Below are positions 1-10,992 of a stretch of 64,000 nt of DNA, piece after piece. The notes below the pieces were generated by a model, which saw only the letters and a list, made by a program, of their open reading frames with translations, did no database searches and was not told where the DNA came from. The DNA lies in NCBI GenBank assembly GCA_964016885.1, contig OZ024754.1:39308001-39372000 (forward strand). Direction: 5' to 3'. The translations under genes and the position numbers were made by a program. The stretch's first letter is position 1; each line of letters begins with the position of its first letter. The DNA is from Eledone cirrhosa. Taxonomy: Eukaryota.

Positions 1-310
1 ATTCTACCAGGTGTATTTTATTATGACACCTGCATTAGAGATGTTGTCATGTCTTTGACAAAACTGGAGGGTCCTCTCAACCCTTTGTTAGGCTACACAC
101 ATATATTTTCATCCCCTTCTCCACCCTTTGTTAGACTACACACATATATTCTCATCCCCTTCTCAAATCACACCACAACTGTCTTATATCCATCACATAC
201 TTTCCTCGCCCACCTCCTTCTCTTCCCCACATCACCACTTCAAACATAACATTGAACCTGTCACACCCCGCTCCTCATTCATAATTTAAAAGCAATATAA
301 TAATTCTAAC

Positions 311-417
311 TTGGTAAGAAACTCCACAAGGAAGATAGGAGTAATATCACATGTTGTTACCGCCATGATAAAAAGTCCATTCCGTTTGATATGGCAAAAT
401 GTCACACCGTCTTCTTT
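311..417 (-). CDS. AP4M1: AP mu subunit coding exon 3 (gene continues beyond window start)
   Basis: ctcattttag acceptor and gttaga donor; 107 nt. Translates KEDGVTFCHIKRNGLFIMAVTTCDITPIFLVEFLT, matching the mu-adaptin motif HIRxxGLYxVxxTxxNVxPxxxxExL. Confidence 0.88.
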
Positions 418-554
418 CTAAAATGAGAAATGTTTTTTTTTAAATATAGTTTTAAATATATTAACATTTCAATCACATCATCATCATCATCATTAACGTC
501 CATCTTCCACGCTTGCATCAGTCAAAATGATTCTATTTTTTTATTATTATTTCA

Positions 555-740
555 GTGGATTGGCAGTATCGGTAGAGGGTCGGACGCCATGCTTTCCAGC
601 ATAGTTACGTCCCTTTACGATCTGAGTTCAAGTCCCGCCGAGGTTGACTTTGCCTTTCATCCTTACGGGGTCGATAAAATAAAGTACCAGTAATGCACTG
701 GGTATTTGCTGGCCTTGTGCCTAAAGTAGAAACAATTATT
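555..740 (+). mobile_element. tRNA-derived SINE, family A
   Basis: A box TGGCAGTATCGG and B box GAGTTCAAGTCC. Body gcctttcatccttacggggtcgataaaataaagtaccag; tail aaagtagaaacaattatt. More than 12 copies are present in the window. Confidence 0.85.
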
Positions 741-915
741 TCAGAGAACAACATAAAAAGGAACTAACAGAATTATAATGTACACCTAATAATTATATTA
801 AAATTACTGGCACTCTGTTGGTCAAGATAAGTGTTCCAGTTGACATGATCAATGGAACAGCCTGCTCCTGGAGTTAACATGCAAGTGGCTGAGCATTCCA
901 CAGACACATATACCC

Positions 916-1273
916 TTAACCCTTTAGCATTTAAACCGGCTGTATCTGGCCAGATTTCTTTCACCTCTTTCTGTTCAAACTGGTCATAACTGGCTGCTCA
1001 TACTTATGTTTCTACTTTTGGCACAAGGCCAGCAATTACCCCAGTGCATTACTGGTGCTTTATTTTATCGACTCCGTAAGGATGAAAGGCAAAGTTAACC
1101 TCGACAGGACTCTATGCTGCTAAGCATGGCATCCGCCCCATCTACCGATACAGCCAATCCACTGCCCTCAAAATAAATGTCAAAATCTCATAGATTCAAT
1201 ATTATGTGAAGTAAAGTGTTTACTGTAAAAATATAATAGTAAATATAGAGTAATGTAAATACTAAAGGGTTAA
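916..1273. mobile_element. piggyBac-like MITE (TTAA|CCCTT...AAGGG|TTAA) carrying a nested SINE A and itself inserted in an older SINE
   Basis: TTAA TSDs and CCCTTTAGCATT TIR. A SINE A fragment sits at 1008-1168. The interrupted SINE resumes after 1273 (tgtcttgctcaaggacacaac at ~1390). Confidence 0.8.
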
Positions 1274-2139
1274 TGTAGTTTTCAAGGAGATTAAGCTTGA
1301 TACAGAATGTAACAAGGCTGGCCCCTTGAATTGCAGCTACAATACATTTTTGCCAGCTGAGTGGACTGGAGAAATGTGAAATAAAGTGTCTTGCTCAAGG
1401 ACACAACACGCTGATGGGAATTGAATTCATGACCTTAAAATCATAAGTTGAATACCTTAACCAATAAGGCAGATGCCTTCACATTATGTAAATTTAATTT
1501 ACAATACATAACCACAGTCCTATACGAGCGAGACACGGTCACCCGACCAATCTTGCCTCAGCTGGGACAATTTTCGTCTAACACATGCTAGCGTGAAAGA
1601 TAGACTTTAAATGATGATGATAGCTAATAATTGTATTTCCAAGCATCAAAGATGCTTCAACGTCATGGATGCAGCCCCTAACCCGTTTCTTTTGAGTTGA
1701 TACATTTTGAAAAAATAAAAAAAAAGGTTGGCATAAGTTTCAGCCTCCAAGATATAGGGGAAATTTCCCTAATTTTGAGAAAAAAAAACACCATCTTCCA
1801 TGTGAAGATATAGGGTCATTATACCAGACAACATATGAAAACATACTTGTATCTTAAAGTTAGGGTTTAACCAACGCTGGATTTAGAATTGGTGAGGCTT
1901 AGGAGTGACAACACTCTTTTGATAACATGTGTTCACTTTGGTGATAATCTTCTAGAAAAATTCCTTTTATGTGCTCATGGGACTTTTGGAGCAGCAAATT
2001 ATTATTATTATTTATTATATTTCTATTTTACAAATGATTTTATGGAGAAAGAGAACAAAAATATTTACAAGCATTCTTTAAAAACTCTGGATTACAGAAA
2101 TGTTTCGTCAATGTGAAAAGTTTATAAAACTCTGGATTA

Positions 2140-2378
2140 ATAATAATAATAATCAAAATTATTGTGTACGGTGCTCAGGTGTGCTACAACTTATCAAAGG
2201 TGCATGTATAGTACATAGAATAATGTAAAAATGTCAGGAAAGTGAATACTGTAGGAGTCATGATATACACACAGATATGTGTGTGTATATGGAGAGGGAA
2301 TATCAGGTGTAGTTTTGGCGAATTTCAGGAAGCATGGAAGTTTTGAAGGATGTAATGTCCCGACAGCTAACAACCGTA
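2140..2378 (-). mobile_element. LINE (CR1-like) 3' end with (ATT)n tail
   Basis: Reverse complement of 58935-59108, flanked by a long direct repeat. Confidence 0.65.
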
Positions 2379-2436
2379 GTGTTTTGTCAATGTGAAAAGT
2401 TCATAAAATTCTGGATTTAAAAAAAAATATACTCAC

Positions 2437-2522
2437 AAAATGGGGCAATAAATGTTCATTTCCAACTGCACGAAGTCTCTTTAAGAAGATGACTTTAGGG
2501 TCAAATTCCAAATCAAATCTGT
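2437..2522 (-). CDS. AP4M1: AP mu subunit coding exon 2
   Basis: tttcag acceptor and gtgagt donor; 86 nt, phase 1 to phase 0. Translates (Y)RFDLEFDPKVIFLKRLRAVGNEHLLPHF and is phase-compatible with both neighbours. Confidence 0.82.
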
Positions 2523-2968
2523 CTGAAACTTGTTAAGTACAACTGATTTTACATGTGAACAGCTTTATGAACATTTGCCTGGTTAATCAATGAAACATTC
2601 TACTCTAGCCCTTTAGTATTGCATTACCCTATATATACTATTCTCATGATGTGGTTCTGGAATATAGAGAACCTCTGCAACCATATCTGTAGCAGCTCAG
2701 CTGGTTCTGGAATATAGAGAACCTCTGCAACCATATCTGTATCAGTGAGCTGCTCAACATCACCAGGCTTAGACCAATTACATTAATTGTCAAGTCAAGA
2801 GTACTCAAACTATACGGTCATATAAAAAGATCAACTCGTGATGTGAGTAGGTTATGCCTGGAAGGAAGGTTGGCTGGTAAGAGAAGCAGAGGCCGGCAGT
2901 CAAAACGATAATTTTGTGATCCAAATGAGAACACTGTTTAGAGTTAAAGATATATTTATCAAGATACA

Positions 2969-3410
2969 GGCGCATGGCTTAGTGGTTAGAGCATTAGGCT
3001 TGCAATCGAAAGATTGTGAGTTCAATTCTCGGACGGGGTGATGTGTTGTTTCCTTGAGCAAGACACTTTATTTCACATTGCTCCAGTTTACTCAGCTGTA
3101 GAAATGAGATGATAGGACTGGGGTCCCTATCATTCCACTGCAAAGTGGTCGTGGAGGTGCCACGGCAAAAAAGCACCCAGCCCACACTGTAAAGTGAACG
3201 TGTAGGCGCCACGGAAAAAAAAGCAGCCAGCACTCACTGTAAATGAGGTTGGTGTTAGGTAGGGCATCCAGCTGTAGAAATCAAGCCAGAATCAGTTCCC
3301 GTATGAGCAAGACAAGGTCAGCCGACCGGGCACTGCCCACAACAGGACAACTCGTTTAACCCATGCTAGCGTGGAAGAACGGACGTAAAACGGTGATGAT
3401 GACGATGATA
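2969..3410 (+). mobile_element. tRNA-derived SINE, family B (CORE-like body, RTE-type tail)
   Basis: A box TGGCTTAGTGG and B box GAGTTCAATTC. Body tccttgagcaagacacttta; tail aacccatgctagcgtggaa...(GAT)n. A near-identical head is at 33630. Confidence 0.85.
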
Positions 3411-3420
3411 TAGCAGACGA

Positions 3421-3614
3421 CAGACCTGTCAACCTCTAAAAACTCAAACGGGGAGTACCATAAAAAGAAGTGCCTCAAAACGGTAAGAAATAAGTAAAAT
3501 GGAGAGATTTTACTTAATGAAAGCTATACCCATTTACACAAGAAAAGACATCTCTCATCTACCCCAAAGTGGGTGGGAGATCTCCCCGTCCGACGGGGAA
3601 AGTTGACAGGTCTG
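3421..3614. mobile_element. MITE with 13-bp TIRs and 6-bp TSD
   Basis: CAGACCTGTCAAC...GTTGACAGGTCTG, flanked by AGACGA at 3415-3420 and 3615-3620. Confidence 0.8.
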
Positions 3615-4229
3615 AGACGACGTCAGTGTAAAATTATATAAGACACACATGACTAGTTTGTGGAGTGACTTTGTGTGTGTGTGCTCGAAACTCGAAACCA
3701 ACATTTATACAAAACAAAGCTTCATACATCATACACTATCGCACTATGAAGCAATAGAAGCTAAAATAAAATTAAACAGAAAAGAAAATACTTCGACAAC
3801 TTTTCGGACACGAGCAGAAGTTATGAAAATAACACCAGAGTACACAAAAAGAAGTGAGGATAAACGTTAAAGCTATTTACGTGGATACAAAATAATTCCT
3901 CATAAAAAGAGATACTCTATTAAACTATAATAAATATAAAGGTAATAGGGTCTTATTTAAATGTATTCAATAAATCGAAACCAGTGAATAAATAAACCCT
4001 TAAATTAAGGACGTCTAACTTGTTTAGAACGAAGTAATAGTTTTCTGTTTAATAACATCAGTTTTAATTATATATTTGTATAAATTTACAGTAGAATAAC
4101 GTTGCAAATATGTTTTAAATATGTACATAAATAACAACAAATGCATAAATAACATTATAAATTGCTTGCAATTCGTTCAGAAGGACATTACAAATATAAT
4201 GTCTAAACCGTGTATAATAAAACAATAAT

Positions 4230-4462
4230 ATAATTCATTGAACCAAAATGATAAAGGAAAGGGGGGAAGGCAATTCACCACAAAGTGTGACAATCGGCCA
4301 CACCTCACACCTTAGGGGTTAATTGCACACTTTCAGGTAAGCCAACACGCTCGAAGGACTACCACAGGTGATGGCGAGGCTAAGGCGGTGAAATAACCAG
4401 GCACCCTCACTGTCATCATCTGAAACTCAGTAAGGCGAGACGACAGTGAAGTCAAGAAAACA
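4230..4462 (-). mobile_element. 3' fragment of CRE-type (RLE-bearing) non-LTR retrotransposon, frameshifted
   Basis: Translates FLTSLSSRLTE/SDDDSEGAWLFHRLSLAITCGSPSSVLAYLKVCN*, resembling the CRE-clade C-terminal motif WLFQRLSxAIxRGNxxSVL. Confidence 0.6.
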
Positions 4463-4479
4463 TTTTTGGAAAAGGATAC

Positions 4480-4543
4480 ATTTTTTGTGGATAAGGATAT
4501 CTCCACGCGTGGTTGTAATAAATATTTCGGAAATATACATCAT
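4480..4543 (-). CDS. AP4M1: AP complex mu subunit (best fit AP-4 mu), coding exon 1
   Basis: Manual translation MMYISEIFITTTRGDILIHKK(Y) matches the mu-adaptin longin N-terminus pattern MISQFFILSSKGDxLIxKD. It ends in phase 1 at the donor GTATCCTTTT. Confidence 0.85.
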
Positions 4544-4660
4544 ATAAAATGGTGGAAGAAACTTCGAAGTGTAAAGAAACGAATTAATTTAATTATTTCG
4601 GATGTTGGGAAAATTAAGGTGCTTCCGCTGCGACGTCTAGTGGACAATTCAGAGTTACTC
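4544..4660 (-). promoter_or_regulatory. Probable promoter / 5' UTR of the AP mu gene
   Basis: Locally CpG-enriched unique sequence directly upstream of the ATG, with ETS-like CTTCCG and YY1-like AAAATGG motifs. The TSS cannot be determined from sequence. Confidence 0.4.
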
Positions 4661-5199
4661 CCCCTTTGTTTCTCTAATTTGTCTATTTTCTGCAACTCAG
4701 CAATTATCTCTATCGTGGTTGAAAACATACTAAGCAGTCATTGTAGAATCTAAATATATTAACAACACCATCTCTCCCTGGTGTTCAGAACTTGCCAAAC
4801 TTAGAGATTCGTATTTATGTAGTTTAAGTTGAACATTGTTCAGACTGGAAGAATTAGTCGTTGGTTTCGGCACCGAAATGTTAAGACCCTTTTCCTGTAT
4901 ATCAAGCGTTAACCTAATATATCCCTTCCATATACTGTACTGATTGTATTGTTATTTCTGTTTACCTTTTACATATATATATATATAGTTAGTTATATAT
5001 GTATAAATAAAATTTGAATTTTATTTCTCGCCCTAGCACAGCTGATACATAAATGTAAGTATGCACACACTCACACACACACACATATATATATAAATGC
5101 ATGCACACGTGCGTATGGGTTATATCGAACATTAATAATAATGTTCGATTCGTTTGTAAACAAACGGAACTCATGCTTTGTCACTCCTGTATGTTTTCC

Positions 5200-5660
5200 A
5201 TTGTGGCACCATCTTACAGGGTGGACTATGCTTTTTATTGTGGCACCAACACTACCGCATTACAGGGTGGACTGGGTGATTTTTATCGTGGCACCAGCAC
5301 TACCACTTTAACGGTGGACTGTATGTTTTTCATTGTGACACCAGCACTACCACCTCACTGGGTGGACTATGTTTTTCATTGTGACACCAGCACTACCACC
5401 TCACTGGGTGGACTGTTTGTTTTTCATTGTGACACCACCACTACCACCTCACTGGGTGGACTGTTTGTTTTTCATTGTGGCACCAGCACTACCACTTTAA
5501 CGGTGGACTATGTTTTTTATTGTGGCACCAGCACTACCATCTTACAGGGTGGACTGGGTGCTTTTCATCTTGACACCAAAACTACCACCTCACTGGGTGG
5601 ACTGGATGCTTTTGTTGTGGAACCAGTACTAGGGTGCTTTCGTCATGGCACCAGCACTAC
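5200..5660. repeat. Degenerate ~48-bp tandem repeat
   Basis: ttgtgacaccagcactaccacctcactgggtggact units; similar to 56750-57080 and to LINE/SINE tail sequence. Confidence 0.8.
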
Positions 5661-6973
5661 CTCATTATAGCACTAATGTCCTCAGTGTACTTGGTCTTGG
5701 TGGGGGTTGGGGTTGAGTTACAGACTACATTGCAGGGAGGTGGGGGTGTCATGGATATGGATGTTACCTTGAAGCATGTGGATGGTGTCAGATATATTGT
5801 GGGGTGTGTGCTCAGCTTCCCTTGATGGCCCCAAAAGGGGTAATTATATACTACTTGCAGTGAGGAGGGGGCACCAGATCACGAGGGTAGCCTATGAGCA
5901 AGTGTGTGGGTGGTGTCAGTCATTTTGGAGTGTGCCTGGTTTTCCTGGGTTGTGAAAGTTTGCGTGGGGAGAGGGGGCAAGGGTTGAGAAAGGTAGGTGA
6001 ATCAGTCAAGTTTTATCTTAGCTTTCCATGCTAGCATGGGCTGGACAAAGAAATCATCATCGTTTAACATCTATCTTCCACACTAGTTAAACGGGAATTG
6101 TCCCACTTGAGGTAAGATTGATCAGGTAACTCTGTCTCGCTCGTATAGGACTATATATGGTAGGTTTTCTACGGCTGGATGCCCTTCCCAACACCAACCA
6201 CATTTACAGTGTGGTCTGGGAGCCTTTTTACTGTGTCTCCTACACGACCACATTACAGTGTGGACTGGGTGCTTTTTTGTTATGACACCTACACAACCTC
6301 TTTAGTTTGGACTGGATGTTGTGTGGTACCAACATAACTTTACAGAGAAGGGTGTGGGAGGATGAAGTAGGGGTAGTGGGTTTGGGTGTAAATTTGGTAA
6401 AGAGGTGCCTACTGACTGTAGGTTTAACTTTGTATGTAAGGGAAAGCCAGGAGTATATTAGTAGGTGATGACTTGAGAGAGAGTTGTTCCATCTCTCTGC
6501 TTTTTGGGGTTGAGATAAGGCAGAGGTTCTCAAAGTGGACTCTAAGAAGGTCACTGGGGCCTAAGGGGATAATAGTATATCAAATGATACATAATATATA
6601 CAAATATAGTAAAATATAAAATATTTATTTTATATAAATTAATGGGTTTATTTATTATATATTATTTACGATTTGCGTGTAGGCAGGTCTCTCTGGAAAC
6701 AGAGTTGGGGAGGGGGGCTGAAAGCAGGTACAAATGTTGTCAGGGCCTTTATCATAATCTAGAGATAAGGAATAAGAAGCATGCTAGCAGGGATTTCAGG
6801 AGTTTACTGGCAGATGGGAGGTGGGACAAATCTTGGACCCCCCCCCCTCGGTTTCTTTGGGTTTATGATCAAGGGAGGTAAGTGGTGAGCATACGGACAG
6901 ATGAGAGGGAGGGGGGCATCCCCTGAGAAGAAAATATCCCTGTATTACCAAATTATCAGCAGTTTTCTCAATC

Positions 6974-7160
6974 CTAGGTCACTTCTTTTGAGAGATTCAG
7001 CTGCATGAGGTCCACCTTCATCACATCAACCCACGTTTTCCTATGTCTTCCCCTTCCAAGGTTTCCTTTAACTTCAAGTGCTCTGCCTTTCTTTATGCAG
7101 CTGTCACCCTCCATATGCATCACATGTCTATACCATTGCAGTCTCTTCTCCTGCACCCGA
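6974..7160 (-). mobile_element. RTE LINE fragment
   Basis: Translates KRLQWYRHVMHM...GRGRHRKTW. Confidence 0.8.
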
Positions 7161-7264
7161 TGCCCCTACAGCTCATTGATACTTCATCACTCATATATTA
7201 CACATCCTTCAAAGTATGTTTACCTCATTTCTTTCCAATCTCCGTTACCTCTCTCATCCACTGT

Positions 7265-7610
7265 AACACTTACATACCTTTATCTCACCCACAGTAACAC
7301 TTACAAACCTTTATCTACCCCACAACAACACTTACATACCTTTATCTCACCCACAGCAACACTTACACACCTTTATCTACCCCCACAGCAATACTTACAA
7401 ACCTTTACCTCACCCACAACACTTACATACCTTTATCTACCCCCACAGCAATACTTACAAACCTTTACCTCACCCACAACACTTACATACCTTTATCTAC
7501 CCCACAACAACACTTACATACCTTTATCTCACCCACAGCAACACTTAAACACCTTTATCTACCCCACAGCAATACTTACAAACCTTTATCTCACCCACAG
7601 CAAACCTTTA
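7265..7610. repeat. ~30-bp minisatellite
   Basis: acacttacatacctttatctcacccacagca units. Confidence 0.85.
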
Positions 7611-8454
7611 TGTGTAAGTGTAAGTGTGCCAGTGTTGTTTCTTATACACTTCTCTACATTGATAAACATATTACATTACAGAACATTTATAATTCCTTCA
7701 TTCAGTTGTGGCATAATGTCAAGATACACAAGATATTTCATAGTTGCCACTAAGTTTCTTGATAAGACCCTTAATTAAAATAAATTTAAAATATATTCCA
7801 GAAAGTTTAATAGAAACAAGACATTTTATTTTTGTAATTGTTTTTATTTTATCAGAATTAAACGAATTGATTATAAATAAGTTAGAGATAGTATTTTGTC
7901 GTTCTTGAGTTGTTTGTCTTCAGGGCTGGATTCCATTGTGGGGATTCCAGAGCCAATAAAGCTTTCTGCTAAAGTGAGGAGAACACAGAAATAGCAACAA
8001 GGGAGCCAAGAGTGTATATTTTCTTCATTCTAATTAAGTGTAAGAGTGTAAGCATGTTGGTGGGTATGTGCATGTAAAAAAACATGCATAAATGCATGGG
8101 TATATTTATATATATATACCTATATCATTAACATGTATGAGTGCATGTGTGTGTGCATGTGTATATGTGTGTGCATACAAACGTAACATGGACGCATTAG
8201 TTGGGAAGAAACAGGAGTGGGGGAGGGGAAAGGCTGAAGATAACAAAAAATAAATAATAAATGTTAAAATGAAAATAAATATCTGATCCCATTAGATAGA
8301 GCTCTCGTATGTTGGGCTACATGGTATTGGAAGAGTAGCCTAGACATGCATGCGTGACTGTATGCACACTCATGGCTGTATATTCATGTAAACATGCAAT
8401 CACACACTCTTCTTCTACTTATTTTTCTTCTTCCTCTTCTTGCTCTTGCTAGGC

Positions 8455-8997
8455 GAGACTAGGGTCATCTTAGGTGAGTGATCCCAGAGGTATCATGCTG
8501 GACAAGACTGGGGTCATCTTAGATCAGTGATCCCAGAGGTATCATGCTTGACAAGACTGGGGTCATCTTAGATCAGTGATCCCAGAGGTATCATGCTTGA
8601 CAAGACTGGGGTCATCTTAGATCAGTGATCCCAGAGGTATCATGCTTGACAAGACTGGGGTCATCTTAGGTCAGTGATCCCAGAGGTATCATGCTTGGCA
8701 AGACTGGGGTCATCTTAGATCAGTGATCCCAGAGGTATCATGCTTGACAAGACTGGGGTCATCTTAGGTCAGTGATCCCAGAGGTATCATGCTGGGCAAG
8801 ACTGGGGTCATCTTAGGTCAGTGATCCCAGAGGTATCATGCTGGGCAAGACTGGGGTCAGGGGTCATCTTAGGTGAGTGATCCCAGAGGTATCATGCTGG
8901 ACAAGATGGGTCATCTTAGGTGAGTGATCCCAGAGGTATCATGCTTGACAAGACTGGGGTCTGGGGTCATCTTAGGTCAGTGATCCCAGAGGTATCA
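8455..8997. repeat. 49-bp minisatellite (~11 units)
   Basis: tcccagaggtatcatgcttgacaagactggggtcatcttagatcagtga. Confidence 0.92.
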
Positions 8998-9760
8998 TCG
9001 TACGTAGAGCTGACCAGGTCCACCACCACCATTACTCACCATCGCTGCTGCTCAATCGCACTCAATCACACAAAATATCACTCTTTTTTTTTTTGTTATT
9101 GTTGTTGTTATTTTCTCTCTAAGTTCTGAGCTAAATAACTGTCAGTACCGAATGAAAATAAGAAGCCTACAGCCACGACAACCTTTAGTTACGGGGTTCC
9201 AAAACTGTATTTCTGTCCCCTGGACATTGTTCAATGCTCTCTCTCTCTAGTATCTCTCTTTCTCTCCCCTCCCCCTCTTGCTCTCTTCTAACTTTCTTTC
9301 TCCCCCCTCCCTCCCACCTCTCTACTATCTTTCGTCCCCGTCCCTCTACTATCTTTCTCCCCCCCCCCCCCCTCTCTACTATCTTTCTTTCTCTCCCCTC
9401 TCTCTCTTTCTCTCCCCTTCTCTCCCCTCTCCATCTCTCTAACCAATGGGATCTCTTTTATTATTGCTGAACACAAAACAGAGAAGAAGCTGGCCATTAT
9501 CAAAGCAGAAACACACAGGAACAGAACATGCAGTTGAGATCTGACCGAACAATTTAGAGTGAAATACAATTCTGTTCTTATTCATGTTGTAGCTTCTAAA
9601 TTCTTTAAACATACTACACTTTTCTTTCTTTTTTTGTTTGTTTATACCACTGTTGTTGTCTTTTATTTTTTGTTCTTTCTTTTGTGTTTTTGTTGTTGAT
9701 GTTTAAATTCTCCCCCCTTCTCCACTGTTCTTATATGTTAAAGGTGTAAACTAGTAGTCA

Positions 9761-10149
9761 TTATGTTTGTGTCAGTTCTGTTTCTAATTCATTCGTGGAA
9801 GCTGATACATGTGGTGTTGCCGTAGCTGCTGTGACTTGGGTCGCAGTACTGTTACTATCTGCTGTACCTTCTTCCCCAGATGTTGAACTTAGGGGATTCA
9901 TCGTCTCAGCAGGTACAAATGTTGTCAGGGCCTTTATCAAGTCTTGCAGTACATCAGTTTCTTTTTCTTCTAACAAGTCATAGCGAAGGTTGAAGACCAT
10001 GAAATGTGCAAAGAGTGTATTCAGGTGACCATGGAGGCCTAAGATGTGGACTTCATTGTAATGAGCATGGTAAATGTGGGCTAACACATGGAACAAGTAA
10101 CGGTGGATCCTCTTCACTATCATTTGGAACGTGCTGGGGAAAGCATTGC
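9761..10149 (-). CDS. MOB2: MOB kinase activator 2, last coding exon
   Basis: ttgtag acceptor. Translates (G)NAFPSTFQMIVKRIHRYLFHVLAHIYHAHYNEVHILGLHGHLNTLFAHF...TQT*, the MOB2-type C-terminal helices with Zn-ligand histidines. TAA at 9763-9761. Confidence 0.95.
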
Positions 10150-10229
10150 CTACAATGAAATAGAAATTACAAGATTTTAGTTGTTTGTTATCCTTTAGGT
10201 AAACATTTAATGTAAATTTACTGTTAAAG

Positions 10230-10555
10230 GTTAAAGATTAAAGTCTGTCTCAAGCTCAAAGATTGATCTTAGTTCCATTGGTGCTAAGTAACTAAGAGTA
10301 CAAGACTATCCAGGACAGGAGGTTAGTCAATCTCAGAGTTAAAGTCTGTCTCAAGCCCAGAGGTTGATCTTAGTTCTATTGGTGTTAAGTAACTGAGAGT
10401 ACAAGACTATCCAAGACAGGAAGCTAGTTCACCTAAGGGCTAAAGTCTGTTTCAAGCTCAGAGGTTTATCAGGTTGGAGTTGATCCTTGTTTAACTGATG
10501 TTAAGTAACTGAGAGTTCAAGACTCTCTTCTGGATAGGAGACCATTCCACCTCAG
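10230..10555. repeat. ~101-bp degenerate triplication
   Basis: taaagtctgtctcaagc recurs at ~10239, 10340 and 10441. Confidence 0.75.
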
Positions 10556-10664
10556 GTTTGACATTTTTTCAGCTGAACAGACAAAAGCAACATGAAATGA
10601 AGTGTTATATATAACATAATGCATCACCTGGTCCAGGAATTGAGTCTACAACCTTACAATTTAA

Positions 10665-10992
10665 AATGTATATACTATACATATATGTACATTCTATACA
10701 TCTATGTACATACTATACATATATGTACATACTATACATATATGTACATACTATACATATATGTACATACTATACATATATGTACATCCTATACATATAT
10801 GTACATCCTATACAAACATGTACATACACTATACAAACTTGTACATATTATACACACATGTACATATTATACATACATGTACATATTATACACACATGTA
10901 CATATTATACACACATGTACATATTATACATACATGTACATATTATACATACATGTACATATTATACATACATGTACATATTATACATACAT
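10665..10992. repeat. 19-bp minisatellite
   Basis: atacatatatgtacatact units. Confidence 0.85.

Larger units (their letters stand above)
2523..4479 (-). other. U12-type (minor spliceosome) GT-AG intron 1 of the AP mu gene
   Basis: 5' splice site GTATCCTTTT (4479-4470). Branch motif CTTAAC at 2537-2532, ~10 nt upstream of the AG, with no real polypyrimidine tract. Confidence 0.85.

Noticed and set aside
2969-3040. tRNA gene
   Set aside because: A and B boxes are present, but the sequence continues into a SINE body and tail and is multi-copy.
4311-4322. Telomerase template or telomeric seed (ttaggggtta; also ctaaccctaac at 16291)
   Set aside because: Single imperfect motifs with no supporting structure or array.
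4317-4472. Spliced-leader-RNA-like pattern on + (ggttaattgcacactttcag|gtaagc ... atttttgg Sm-like site)
   Set aside because: The minus strand is better explained as a CRE-type ORF end plus the U12 donor region. It is single copy, and the splice site and Sm-like site are far apart.
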